Source of the DNA: Alkanindiges sp. WGS2144
GTDB taxonomy: Bacteria > Pseudomonadota > Gammaproteobacteria > Pseudomonadales > Moraxellaceae
DNA length: 32,000 nucleotides
Reading direction: 5' to 3' (one strand)
Assembly (NCBI RefSeq): GCF_043950625.1
Contig: NZ_CP171007.1
The notes under the pieces were generated by a model that ran no database searches, had not been told where the DNA came from, and saw only the letters and a list, made by a program, of their open reading frames with translations. The position numbers and the translations under genes are program-made. Numbering within the stretch: the stretch's first letter is position 1; every line of letters starts with the position of its first letter. Positions 1 through 9,376 of this stretch are shown piece after piece.

Positions 1-803
1 TGTGGATTGCGCCAGTAGGCGGCGGCGATATGCCGGTGGTGGTATCCCTGCTGAACTCATTTTCTGGCTGGGCGGCGGCAGGTATTGGTTTTACCTTAGA
101 AAACAACATGCTGATTGTGGCAGGTTCTCTGGTCGGTTCATCCGGTGCGATTCTGTCTTATATCATGTGTAAGGCCATGAACCGTTCTATTATCAATGTC
201 CTGTTTGGTGGCATTGCTACCGCTGGCGCTGCTGCTGGTGCAACAGATGGCGAGCAGGTTCAGCGCAATTACCGTTCCGGTTCTGCCGATGATGCAGGCT
301 TCCTGATGTCCAATGCCGACAGCGTGGTAATTGTACCAGGTTATGGGATGGCGCAAGGTCGTGCGCAAAACGCGGTTAAAGAGCTGGCTAACCTGCTAAA
401 AGAGCAGGGGGTAACGGTGCGCTTTGCGATTCACCCGGTAGCCGGTCGTATGCCGGGTCACATGAACGTGTTGCTGGCCGAAGCTGATGTTGCTTATGAA
501 GACATTCTGGAAATGGATGAAATCAACTCTGATTTCCCGGCAACCGATGTGGTACTGGTGATTGGTGCTAACGACGTGGTTAACCCTGCGGCTAAAGATG
601 ATCCAAGTTCGCCTATCTATGGCATGCCAATTCTGGAAGCCCACAAGGCGCGTACCATTATGGTGATCAAACGTTCCATGGCAACGGGTTATGCAGGTCT
701 GGATAACGACCTGTTCTACAATGACAAGACCATGATGATCTTTGGTGACGCCAAGAAAGTAGTTGAGGATATGACCAAAGCCATTAATGGTACAGGTCAC
801 TAA
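1..803 (+). CDS. pntB: NAD(P) transhydrogenase subunit beta, C-terminal part (5' end lies upstream of the window)
   Basis: The frame is open from nt 3 (WIAPVGGGD precedes the first Met at 30). The product carries the PntB dIII NADP(H)-binding domain strings [52 protein letters not shown] and [12 protein letters not shown]. Stop TAA 801-803 is followed by a hairpin plus T-run. Confidence 0.92.
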   Translation, partial: WIAPVGGGDMPVVVSLLNSFSGWAAAGIGFTLENNMLIVAGSLVGSSGAILSYIMCKAMNRSIINVLFGGIATAGAAAGATDGEQVQRNYRSGSADDAGFLMSNADSVVIVPGYGMAQGRAQNAVKELANLLKEQGVTVRFAIHPVAGRMPGHMNVLLAEADVAYEDILEMDEINSDFPATDVVLVIGANDVVNPAAKDDPSSPIYGMPILEAHKARTIMVIKRSMATGYAGLDNDLFYNDKTMMIFGDAKKVVEDMTKAINGTGH

Positions 804-821
804 GCTGCTGTTGTAAGCATA

Positions 822-850
822 AAAACCGTCTCAATTTGAGGCGGTTTTTT
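822..850 (+). terminator. Intrinsic terminator of pntB
   Basis: aaaaccgtctc (822-832) pairs with gaggcggtttt (838-848), including one G-U pair, around loop aattt. It runs into a T-tract (845-850 and beyond). Confidence 0.7.
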
Positions 851-945
851 GTTTTGGTGTTCTCCGCAATGCTTTGTATTGGATAGAATGCAAAGCGAAA
901 ATTATTCTTCTAGATGATAAAAACTACTGGGCGTTGGGAAAACTT

Positions 946-2150
946 ATGTCAGATATTCATTCCAGAGAATTTGCCCTGTTAATGGCATTACTCATGTCGG
1001 TGGTATCGTTTTCAATTGATGCGCTACTCCCTGCGCTGGGCTATATCGGCCATATGTTTCAGGTAGAACAGGCCAATAGTGTGCAGTGGGTCATTACTGG
1101 TATTTTTGCAGGCATGACGTTTGGGCAACTCATTGCCGGGCCATTATCTGATGCTATTGGGCGTAAGCCAATCCTGTTTACCGGTATTGCTATTTATTTT
1201 GCAGGTAGCGCATTGTGCTATTTGACCCAGAGCTTTGAGTGGTTTTTAGTGGGCCGCTTTATTCAGGGTCTGGGCGTGGCAGGGCCTTATGTCGCTACTA
1301 TATCCGTAGTACGGGATAAGTATAGCGGCACACAAATGGCGCGGGTCATGTCGCTCATTATGATGGTGTTTATGGTTGCGCTTGCTATTGCTCCTGCCAT
1401 TGGGCAATTGATTATTAACCTGGCAGGCTGGCGTGCCATTTTTTTAATGTACATTGGTTATGCGCTAATTATTGGCATATGGCTGGCCATCCGTTTGCCA
1501 GAAACCTTATTCCAGCACAACGCGTTCCCTTACGTGTTAAGGCTTTTGAGCATGGTTTTGGTGAGGTGATTCGTAATCGCACAACCATGAGTTATTTGCT
1601 ATGTACCGGGCTGTGCTTCGGTGGCTTTATTGGTTATTTAGGCACCTCGCAGCAGATTTTTATGCAGCAGTTTGGCAAGTCAGGGCAGGAGTTTAGTGCT
1701 TATTTTGCGCTGCTGGCTGCCTTGATGGGTGTGGCGTCTTTTACCAATTCACGTCTGGTGGAAAAAATAGGCATGCGGCTCATTTGCATTTACGGCATGC
1801 TGGCAATTATGATGATGTCCCTGACATTTTTAATGATCCAGTACAGTGGCATTCAAATCATGTTCTGGATGTTCATGCTGTATGCCTGCATACTATTTTC
1901 GTTGTTTAGCTGTTTGTTTGGCAATTTAAATGCCATCGCCATGGAGCCTATGGGTCATGTGGCGGGTATGGCTTCTGCCATTATTGGTGCGTCAGCATCT
2001 ATTTTATCCTTAGTGCTGGCTACGGTGATTGGGCAGCTATATAACAATACTCTGGTGCCGCTGACTTGGGGATTTGCAGTTTTATGCGGTAGTTCATTTT
2101 TGGTGATGTTAAATGAATATAAGTGGCAGGCAGCCTCAAAGGTTGCCTAA
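946..2150 (+). pseudogene. Bcr/CflA-type (DHA1) MFS drug/H+ antiporter, split by a 1-nt frameshift near 1507-1512
   Basis: ORF 874..1569 (likely ATG 946, GGGA 6 nt upstream) encodes TM1-6 and ends ...AIRLPETL. The frame then runs FQHNAFPYVLRLLSMVLVR-stop. ORF 1479..2150 in the adjacent frame continues with (I)PAQRVPLRVKAFEHGFGEVIRNRTT plus TM7-12, the expected continuation of a Bcr-type protein. Adding one base between 1507 and 1512 would restore a single ~401-aa ORF. Confidence 0.7.
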
Positions 2151-2254
2151 ACATTAGCTAAAATCCTGGGAGTAGGAGGTTGTCTCAAAATAAGTCGGCA
2201 GATGCTGGGTTCAAGACAGTTAGGCAAGTTACTGGTTTTTTAGGTGGCTGGTCT

Positions 2255-2863
2255 TTATAGTGGCCCGACAAAGAATAATAAGCTGACTTTGTATTGTTTC
2301 TTGGTGGGTTTTTCAAGCTCCAGAATGGTAGCAATATGCGGCATACTGGAGTACGGCTCTAGATGATATTCAGTGTCAGTTTTTAACTTATTATGTTGCT
2401 GCACCGTGTGACGCAGTGGCATAATTGAATTGATATAAAAGTTTTTATCCTCTTCTCTAAATAATGCGCTATAGCTTTCAAGCTGCTGGATAAAACATTC
2501 ATCACAAAACTGTTTATTCTGCTCTATGGTCTTGGCATTTAAAACCAGATCAACTTGCCAGGTATAGGACTCACAGCCCTGATTTTTAATAACAATGCTT
2601 TGTTGGTCTGCGAGTTTGGCAGATTCTAGGCCATAAATAAAACGATCTTTTTCTAAAAGCTCAAAGCTATGATTTTTTACTTTTGCTGTGTTGAGTACTA
2701 CTTCAGGCCGCGCCCTGACGCACATTTCATCAAAGTGATTTTTGGCAAGCTCAAGATTATTGCTATCAATAGTGGCATTTGCATTGCCGCTGATATGAGC
2801 GTGTGCTGGAGTAAATAGCATTACACTGGTAAATAATGCAGCTAAATAAGCAAATTTATTCAT
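2255..2863 (-). CDS. Hypothetical secreted protein (202 aa), no family recognised
   Basis: ATG-initiated ORF with a Sec-type signal peptide MNKFAYLAALFTSVMLFTPAHA|HISG. The mature part is hydrophilic with 4 Cys. Sampled 60-nt lines give about 33-40% GC, against about 53% for one sampled line in adjacent proS. Confidence 0.6.
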   Translation of the reverse strand: MNKFAYLAALFTSVMLFTPAHAHISGNANATIDSNNLELAKNHFDEMCVRARPEVVLNTAKVKNHSFELLEKDRFIYGLESAKLADQQSIVIKNQGCESYTWQVDLVLNAKTIEQNKQFCDECFIQQLESYSALFREEDKNFYINSIMPLRHTVQQHNKLKTDTEYHLEPYSSMPHIATILELEKPTKKQYKVSLLFFVGPL

Positions 2864-2945
2864 AACCTGTAAAGGATTAAGTTTTCAAAACAATATAATC
2901 TATTTTTACTTAAAGCCATGTTCCAATTCGTTGTTAATTCATCAC

Positions 2946-2980
2946 AAAACAAAAAGCCCTAATGGCGTCATCAGGGCTTA
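2946..2980 (-). terminator. Intrinsic terminator downstream of proS
   Basis: Stem aagccct (2954-2960) / agggctt (2973-2979). On the minus strand the hairpin is followed by TTTTTGTTTTG (complement of the A-rich run ending at 2955). Confidence 0.65.
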
Positions 2981-3017
2981 AGGCTTAAATCAGCGTGCTT
3001 GATTTGTACAGTGAAAA

Positions 3018-4736
3018 TTAGCCGCGCAATAGGCTTAGCAATTCATCCTTGCTCAGCTCACAGGCTTCTGTATCACGGCGGCCTTTATATTCAAAAGTAC
3101 CAGCATCCAGACCACGTTCGGATACCACAATGCGATGCGGAATGCCTACCAGTTCAAGGTCAGAGAATTTTACGCCCGGACGCTCATTACGATCATCCAG
3201 CAGCACATCAAAACCAGCCGCTTGCAGCTCTTGATACAGGTCTTCAGCTGCGGCTACTGCACGCGGTGACTTGGCCTGATTCATTGGCACAATAGCCACT
3301 TCAAACGGGGCAATGGCTTGTGGCCAGATAATGCCTTTGTCATCATAATTTTGCTCAATGGCAGCGGCCACCACACGGGTGACACCAATGCCATAGCAAC
3401 CCATGGTCACAGTCAGCGGCTTGCCATCTTCACCCAGCACTTTGCAGTTTAAGGCTTCAGAATATTTTTGGCCTAACTGGAAAATATGGCCGACTTCAAT
3501 ACCACGTTTGATGTTAATCATACCTTTGCCATCGGGTGAAGGGTCGCCATTCACCACATTACGGATATCTGCTACTAGCGTAATTTGTGCATCACGCTCC
3601 CAGTTTACACCGGTGGCGTGTTTGCCTGCCTGACTGGCACCTGAAACAAAGTCGCCAAGGACCGACGCTGCACGATCAACGATTACCGGAATATTCAAAC
3701 CTTGCGGACCAATCGAGCCCAGTTCCAGACCCAGCGCTTTAATGTCATCATCGGAAGCAAATGTTAACGGTGCAGCAACCTGTGGCAGTTTTTCTGCCTT
3801 AATGTCATTAAGCTCATGGTCACCGCGTAACACCAGTGCCACCAGACCAGCATGACCGTCTTCATCAGCGGCACCGCGCACCAGCAGGGTTTTCACCGTT
3901 TGCTCAGGTTTAACATTTAAAAACTGGCAGACTTCCTCAATGCTTCTAACATTCGGTGTATCAACAATGGTTAATTGCTGGGTTGGCTCAGGGCGTGTAC
4001 CTACCCGCGCTCCATTGGGAAACAGGGCTTCAGCCATTTCAACATTGGCTGCAAAATCAGATTCGGTGGAGAAAGCAATATCATCTTCGCCACTGTCTGC
4101 CAGCACATGAAATTCATGCGATGCCGTACCACCAATAGAACCAGTATCCGCCTGTACAGGACGGAAATTTAAGCCTAATCGCGTGAAAATATTGCAGTAG
4201 GTGTCATACATCACCTGATAGGTATCTTGTAATGACTCTTGAGTGGCGTGGAAAGAATAAGCATCTTTCATGACAAATTCACGCGAACGCATGACACCAA
4301 AACGCGGACGAATTTCATCACGGAATTTGGTTTGAATCTGGTACATATTAACCGGCAGTTGCTTGTAGCTTTTTAGCTCTTGGCGTGCCAGATCGGTAAT
4401 TACTTCCTCATGGGTAGGTCCCAGCACAAATGGACGATCATGACGATCCTTAAAGCGTAGCAGTTCAGGGCCATAACCCTGTTCACGGCCTGATTCCTGC
4501 CAGAGTTCAATCGGCTGGGTAACAGGCATCAGTACTTCCAGTGCGCTTTTATCCATTTCCTGGCGGACAATATTTTCTACTTTGTTTAATACACGCACAC
4601 CTAACGGCAACCAGGTGTATAAGCCAGATGCGAGTTTACGAATCATGCCGGCACGCAGCATGAGCTGATGTGAGATAACCTCAGCATCACCAGGAGTTTC
4701 GCGTAATGTAGCAAACAGTAGGCGACTAGCGCGCAT
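3018..4736 (-). CDS. proS: Proline--tRNA ligase (bacterial type with INS editing domain), 572 aa
   Basis: Full-length match by eye to bacterial ProRS: [46 protein letters not shown], class II motifs [17 protein letters not shown] and GCYGIGVTR, and a C-terminal anticodon-binding domain. Confidence 0.96.
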   Translation of the reverse strand: MRASRLLFATLRETPGDAEVISHQLMLRAGMIRKLASGLYTWLPLGVRVLNKVENIVRQEMDKSALEVLMPVTQPIELWQESGREQGYGPELLRFKDRHDRPFVLGPTHEEVITDLARQELKSYKQLPVNMYQIQTKFRDEIRPRFGVMRSREFVMKDAYSFHATQESLQDTYQVMYDTYCNIFTRLGLNFRPVQADTGSIGGTASHEFHVLADSGEDDIAFSTESDFAANVEMAEALFPNGARVGTRPEPTQQLTIVDTPNVRSIEEVCQFLNVKPEQTVKTLLVRGAADEDGHAGLVALVLRGDHELNDIKAEKLPQVAAPLTFASDDDIKALGLELGSIGPQGLNIPVIVDRAASVLGDFVSGASQAGKHATGVNWERDAQITLVADIRNVVNGDPSPDGKGMINIKRGIEVGHIFQLGQKYSEALNCKVLGEDGKPLTVTMGCYGIGVTRVVAAAIEQNYDDKGIIWPQAIAPFEVAIVPMNQAKSPRAVAAAEDLYQELQAAGFDVLLDDRNERPGVKFSDLELVGIPHRIVVSERGLDAGTFEYKGRRDTEACELSKDELLSLLRG

Positions 4737-4797
4737 GGTGAGAAGTCCTAATACCAGAAAAGCAAAATGAACAATGAAAATATAATATAGAAAAATG

Positions 4798-4870
4798 TGC
4801 GCTCTGCGGGACTCGAACCCACGCCGGTCGCTTAGGAGGCAACTGCTCTATCCGGTTAAGCTAAGAGCGC
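4798..4870 (-). tRNA. tRNA-Arg (anticodon CCU), 73 nt, no genomically encoded CCA
   Basis: Minus-strand read: GCGCTCT TA GCTT AACCGGATA GAGC A GTTGC CT-CCT-AA GCGAC CGGC GTGGG TTCGAGT CCCGC AGAGCGC A. It folds as a cloverleaf with U33, A37, G53-C61 and a TTCGAGT T-loop. The discriminator A is followed by CAT, not CCA. Confidence 0.85.
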
Positions 4871-4963
4871 ATCAACTAGCAAATTAAACAGCAAATGCTA
4901 AGCGCGAAATTAAACCATAAAACTCAGCTTTTTTCAGCCATCTTGCCGTATTTAAGCCAGATT

Positions 4964-6352
4964 TTAGTGTGGGGTGCTGCTATCCTGAACCGCACCCTGA
5001 TTTAAGCCCAGCGTTCTAAACAACACATACATCAGGCCAATCCACACTGGAATCATAATCACCGATTCCTGAAATTGCTTTTGCCACATGATATACAACA
5101 CCAAAAGCACAAAGCCCAGACATAACCAGTTGCTTAACGGGGCAAATAGTGCCGGATAACTGGTGGCAATATTGTTGCGTTGCACAAATTTCCTGAAGTT
5201 CAGGTGAGTCAGGCTAATCATAGCCCAGTTTAGAACCAGCGCACCAATCACAATATACATCAGGTGGCTTAAGGCTTTTTCCGGGACAAAATAATTCAGC
5301 AATACGCAACCAAAAATCAGCACGGCAGACAGTAGCGTTGCTGCCACCGGAACACCCTGACGGTTTACCTTAAGAAAAACCCTGGGTGCATTGCCTTGTT
5401 GCGCCAGTCCATACAGCATCCGGCTATTGGCATACATGCCGCTGTTATAGACCGATAACGCCGTAGTTAAGATAATAAAATTAAGTAGGTTAGCGGCCCA
5501 GCTAATGCCAAGCTGACTAAAAATCATCACAAAAGGGCTTTTATCTAGACTGCCCACATCCAGCTGATTCCAGGGCACCAGTGATAACAAAACTGTCAGG
5601 GAACCAATATAAAAAATTAAAACCCGATACACCACTTGGTTAATGGCTTTAGGGATGGTTTTGGCCGGGTCTTCTGCTTCGGCAGCGGCCATGCCAATGA
5701 GCTCAATGCCGCCAAAGGCAAACATGATAAACGCCAGCATATAAAACAGGCCATCAAGGCCATTGGGGAAAAAGCCACCATGCACCCATAGATTGCTGAT
5801 ATGTGAAATCGAGTCAGGCGGTGCCGTCAATAGCAAATAACCACCAAACACAATCATGGATACCACGGCTGCCACTTTGATGATGGCTAGCCAGAATTCC
5901 GACTCGCCATAAAATTTCACATTGGTTAAATTAATGGCCGTAATAATCAGGTAAAAAAACAAAATCGACAGCCATGACGGAATTTGCGGCCACCAGTAGT
6001 TAATATATTTGCCTACTGCGGTTAGTTCGGCCATGGCCACCAGAATATACAACATCCAGTAATTCCACCCAGCCAGAAAACCCGGAAACCTGCCCCAGTA
6101 CTTAAAAGCAAAATGGCTAAATGACCCAGCGACTGGTTCGTGCACGATCATTTCACCCAGCTGGCGCATAATCAAAAAGGCAATCAAACCACCAATGGCA
6201 TAGCCCAGAATCACTGAAGGCCCAGCAGACGCAATCACATCGGCTGAACCCAGAAATAGCCCCGTACCAATGGCACCGCCCATGGCAATCAACTGGATAT
6301 GACGGTTTTTTAAGCCACGTTTGAGGTGAGCGGAGGTAGAGGAATGAGTCAA
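4964..6352 (-). CDS. aroP: APC-superfamily amino acid permease, AroP-like (aromatic amino acid:H+ symporter family)
   Basis: Near-collinear with E. coli AroP as I recall it: LKRGLKNRHIQLIAMGGAIGTGLFLGSA, FLIMRQLGEMIVHEPVAGSFSHFA, NLTNVKFYGESEFW and 12 TM segments. The ORF is open to GTG 6388, which has no SD. TTG 6352 is preceded by AGGA with a 7-nt spacer and gives an AroP-like N-terminal length, so the start is uncertain. Confidence 0.85.
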   Translation of the reverse strand: MTHSSTSAHLKRGLKNRHIQLIAMGGAIGTGLFLGSADVIASAGPSVILGYAIGGLIAFLIMRQLGEMIVHEPVAGSFSHFAFKYWGRFPGFLAGWNYWMLYILVAMAELTAVGKYINYWWPQIPSWLSILFFYLIITAINLTNVKFYGESEFWLAIIKVAAVVSMIVFGGYLLLTAPPDSISHISNLWVHGGFFPNGLDGLFYMLAFIMFAFGGIELIGMAAAEAEDPAKTIPKAINQVVYRVLIFYIGSLTVLLSLVPWNQLDVGSLDKSPFVMIFSQLGISWAANLLNFIILTTALSVYNSGMYANSRMLYGLAQQGNAPRVFLKVNRQGVPVAATLLSAVLIFGCVLLNYFVPEKALSHLMYIVIGALVLNWAMISLTHLNFRKFVQRNNIATSYPALFAPLSNWLCLGFVLLVLYIMWQKQFQESVIMIPVWIGLMYVLFRTLGLNQGAVQDSSTPH

Positions 6353-6550
6353 GTTGCAATCCTGTAGAGCTGGGTAAGGCGCTGGCACAATATGCGTTAT
6401 GCCAGGTAGCTTAGCACAAGTTAATCTGTCCTGTTTGCAGGGATGACGCTACAGTTTTGACATGAAGTGTTGTCAAATTAAAAAAAATCTCTACAATCAA
6501 AACCCATGATTTAAAACCACCATTTACCCAATACCAAAGTGAGCATCATA

Positions 6551-7801
6551 ATGACCACAACCATTGCGAATACTTATGAGCTGCAAGGCTATACATTTAA
6601 AAACCGACTTATCAAGGGTGCTATGAGCGAGGGTCTGGCCAATAAGGCAGGCGAGGTAAACAGCAAGCATTTGAAGCTGTACGAAACCTGGGCACAGGGT
6701 GGGCTGGGTTGCTCAATTACTGGCAACGTGATGGTGGATATCAATGCCAAGAATGAGCCCGGCGTGGTGGCGATTGAAGATGAACACGATCTGTCCGCTT
6801 TAACCCAGTGGGCTAATATTGGTAAAAAATACGGCATGATCCAGCTGGTGCAATTGTCGCACCCAGGGCGTCAGTGTCCACGCGGTTTAAACAAGGAAAC
6901 CGTTGCGCCTTCTGCGGTACCATTTAGCCCAGCGCTGGCAGCTGCTTTTGGTACCCCACGGGCGCTGACTGAAGCAGAGATCCTGGATATTATCAAGCGC
7001 TTCGGCAACGCCGCGCGTATTTGCAAGAAAGCCGGTTTTGAAGGTATTCAGCTACATGGTGCACATGGTTATTTGATCAGCCAGTTTTTATCGCCGCTTA
7101 CCAACCAGCGCACCGACCAATGGGGCGGCAGTATTGAAAACCGCATGCGATTTTTGCTGGAAATCTATAAGGAAGTGCGTGAGCAAACCGGCGATAATTT
7201 TATTGTGAGTGTCAAACTCAACTCGGCAGATTTTCAGCGTGGTGGCTTTAGTGAAGACGACGCGGTTGCTGTGTTCAAGGCAGTCGACGCAGCCGGTATT
7301 GATCTGATTGAAATTTCTGGCGGCACCTATGAAGCTCCGGCAATGGCAGGTGCCAAGCGCAAGCAACCCGCTGTAAAAGAAAGCACTAAAGCACGCGAAG
7401 CCTATTTTCTTGAGTTTGCTGAAAAAATTCGTAAAGAAGTAAAAACTGCCCTAATGGTTACCGGCGGTTTTAGAACCCGGCAAGGTATGGATAATGCCTT
7501 GCAAAGTGGTGCATGTGATTTTATTGGTATTGCCCGCCCATTGGCTGTAGAAACTGATGCACCGGATCATTTGCTGGCTGGTAATCCAAGCGTGCGCTAT
7601 GCAATTAAGCCCATTAAAACCGGCGTACCCATGCTGGACAAAATGGCAGTCATGGAAGTGATCTGGTATGCCGCGCAATTTAAGGCTATTGGTCAGGGCA
7701 AACAGCCCAAGCCCAACTTGAGCCCTTTACTGGTACTACTCAACTATGCCCGCGGTAATGTCAAGGCAGTGTTGCAGCGTCGAACCCGTTTACGCGCCTG
7801 A
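6551..7801 (+). CDS. NADH:flavin oxidoreductase, Old Yellow Enzyme family (FMN TIM barrel; 2,4-dienoyl-CoA reductase N-domain-like)
   Basis: OYE-type strings QLSHPGRQ, GFEGIQLHGAHGYLISQFLSPLTNQRTDQWGGSIENRMRFLLEI and GGFRT...DFIGIARPL. ATG 6551 is preferred over the upstream in-frame GTG 6539. Confidence 0.85.
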   Translation: MTTTIANTYELQGYTFKNRLIKGAMSEGLANKAGEVNSKHLKLYETWAQGGLGCSITGNVMVDINAKNEPGVVAIEDEHDLSALTQWANIGKKYGMIQLVQLSHPGRQCPRGLNKETVAPSAVPFSPALAAAFGTPRALTEAEILDIIKRFGNAARICKKAGFEGIQLHGAHGYLISQFLSPLTNQRTDQWGGSIENRMRFLLEIYKEVREQTGDNFIVSVKLNSADFQRGGFSEDDAVAVFKAVDAAGIDLIEISGGTYEAPAMAGAKRKQPAVKESTKAREAYFLEFAEKIRKEVKTALMVTGGFRTRQGMDNALQSGACDFIGIARPLAVETDAPDHLLAGNPSVRYAIKPIKTGVPMLDKMAVMEVIWYAAQFKAIGQGKQPKPNLSPLLVLLNYARGNVKAVLQRRTRLRA

Positions 7802-7830
7802 TTACCTGTTTAAGGCTTAATGCAATAAAA

Positions 7831-7858
7831 AACGGCTCTCATCATGGGGTCGTTTTTA
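7831..7858 (+). terminator. Probable intrinsic terminator after the OYE gene
   Basis: aacggctc (7831-7838) pairs with gggtcgtt (7847-7854): 8 bp including 2 G-U pairs, loop tcatcatg, followed by TTTTAATTTT. Confidence 0.5.
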
Positions 7859-7939
7859 ATTTTATAACTTCATTTTGCCCAACGCTTCGGCTATTCTGCC
7901 AGCATTATTGTTGCTGCAAAAATTTGCCTGGAAGTTTGC

Positions 7940-8971
7940 ATGAAGCATTTCCGTTTCTCTTTTATTTTCACGGCCATTTGTCTGGCACTGGCCTTCTGGT
8001 GGGGGCTATCACACGGCTCAATGACCACTGCGCTATCGGCGCTGACCATTGTCGGTATTCTGGCAGTGATGGAAGTGTCGCTGTCGTTTGATAATGCGGT
8101 AGTCAATGCGTCCATTTTAAAGCATTGGGATCAGTTCTGGAAAACCCTGTTTTTAACAGTGGGTATGCTGATTGCTGTGTTTGGCATGCGCTTGCTGTTT
8201 CCTCTGGTAATTGTGGCAGTCACCGCAGATATGGGAATGCTGGAAGTAGCAAAGCTTGCACTGAATGACCCCAAAACCTATTCGGCCAAGTTGCTTGAGC
8301 ATCACAGTGAAATTGCTGCGTTTGGTGGCATGTTCCTGTTATTGGTATTTTTAAACTTCTTGCTTGATGCGGATAAAGAAACCCACTGGTTTGGCTGGCT
8401 GGAAACCAAACTTAGCCTGCTTGGACGTTCGGGTACAGCGGCGACACTGGTGGCTTTGCTTGTGTTGATTGCGGCTATAGGTCTTGTGCCAGAAGCCCAG
8501 CAGTTTGTGGTGTTTATGGCTGGCATCTGGGGCATTGTGGTATATCAGGCTGTAGATGTACTGAGCAGCATTCTGGAGGGTGAAAGCGAAGACCCTGATA
8601 TTGGTAAGGCAGTGCAGCGTGGCGGGATAGCCGGATTTATTTATCTGGAGGTGCTGGACGCCTCATTTAGTTTTGATGGTGTGATTGGTGCGTTTGCCAT
8701 TACCAGTGATGTAGTAATTATTATGCTGGGGCTTGCCATTGGTGCCATGTTTGTGCGCTCAATGACAATTTATCTGGTGGAAAAGGGCACACTGGATGAG
8801 TTTATTTATTTGGAACATGGTGCGCATTATGCCATTGGTGCATTGGCCATCATTATGCTGGTGTCCATGCATTTTCATATTCCTGAGCTGGTGACGGGAT
8901 TCATCGGCGTGGCATTTATTGGCTGGTCGTTGTGGGCTTCTATTATATATCGTAGAAAAACGCTGCATTAA
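7940..8971 (+). CDS. DUF475-family integral membrane protein (TerC-related), 343 aa
   Basis: Polytopic membrane protein with the paired motifs MEVSLSFDNAVVNA and YLEVLDASFSFDGVIGAFAITSD. GGAAG lies 5 nt upstream of ATG 7940. Confidence 0.75.
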   Translation: MKHFRFSFIFTAICLALAFWWGLSHGSMTTALSALTIVGILAVMEVSLSFDNAVVNASILKHWDQFWKTLFLTVGMLIAVFGMRLLFPLVIVAVTADMGMLEVAKLALNDPKTYSAKLLEHHSEIAAFGGMFLLLVFLNFLLDADKETHWFGWLETKLSLLGRSGTAATLVALLVLIAAIGLVPEAQQFVVFMAGIWGIVVYQAVDVLSSILEGESEDPDIGKAVQRGGIAGFIYLEVLDASFSFDGVIGAFAITSDVVIIMLGLAIGAMFVRSMTIYLVEKGTLDEFIYLEHGAHYAIGALAIIMLVSMHFHIPELVTGFIGVAFIGWSLWASIIYRRKTLH

Positions 8972-9091
8972 GCGGGCCGTACTGCCACTTTAGAGACGGC
9001 TGCTTTTAATGGCTAATGGCTTTAATGTGAGCTACATAAGTCTAAATAGGATAGTAGACCAGTTAAAGTTTCATCTTGTCAGAGGAACAGG

Positions 9092-9121
9092 ACTGTGCCA
9101 GAATGCCGGCACAGTTTATTG
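9092..9121 (+). terminator. Intrinsic terminator of the DUF475 gene
   Basis: actgtgcc (9092-9099) / ggcacagt (9108-9115), followed by TTTATT. Confidence 0.6.
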
Positions 9122-9149
9122 CAGCCTATGTGCTTTTAGCCGTTTGCTG

Positions 9150-9287
9150 TGCAAGGGGAGTAGCCTCACCCACGCCATCTGTCGTCAATACACTTGATGA
9201 CCTCACTACAGGGCATCAAGTCGGTAGATGGATATTGCAAATGAAGTAAAAAGCACTCTCATTTGACAGTATAGGCAAGACCTTGAC
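9150..9287 (+). promoter_or_regulatory. yybP-ykoY (Mn2+-sensing) riboswitch aptamer in the alx leader
   Basis: AAGGGGAGTAGC at 9153-9164 (the conserved GGGGAGUAG loop) and GGCAAGACCTTG at 9274-9285. Closing helix caagg (9152-9156) / ccttg (9281-9285). Internal helices 9175-9184/9222-9231 (10 bp), 9192-9199/9214-9221 (8 bp) and 9239-9246/9258-9264. The downstream gene is an Alx/TerC ortholog, the classic yybP-ykoY-controlled gene class. Confidence 0.72.
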
Positions 9288-9334
9288 TCATGTTGTTTGA
9301 CTTAATTAATCAGACAACAGGTCAGGGTTTTTTA
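9281..9334 (+). terminator. Riboswitch expression platform: intrinsic terminator sharing its 5' arm with aptamer helix P1
   Basis: ccttgac (9281-9287) / gtcaggg (9321-9327) plus tgttgtttga (9291-9300) / tcagacaaca (9310-9319), then TTTTTT (9328-9333). Nucleotides 9281-9285 are also the 3' strand of P1, so the two folds are mutually exclusive. Confidence 0.7.
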
Positions 9335-9376
9335 TTGTCCAAGCTCAAAGCCTGTTGTCTATAGTGGAGAAATATC

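Noticed and set aside
1495-1520. Programmed -1 ribosomal frameshift as an explanation for the split MFS gene.
   Set aside because: There is no X-XXY-YYZ slippery heptamer at GAA-ACC-TTA-TTC-CAG and no obvious downstream stimulatory structure. Mutation or a sequencing error is more parsimonious.
7891-8115. 74-aa minus-strand ORF overlapping the DUF475 5' end.
   Set aside because: It is antisense to a well-supported membrane-protein gene and has no independent signals.
9009-9197. 62-aa ORF between the DUF475 gene and alx.
   Set aside because: It overlaps the DUF475 terminator and the riboswitch aptamer, has no SD, and its sequence is better explained as structured RNA.
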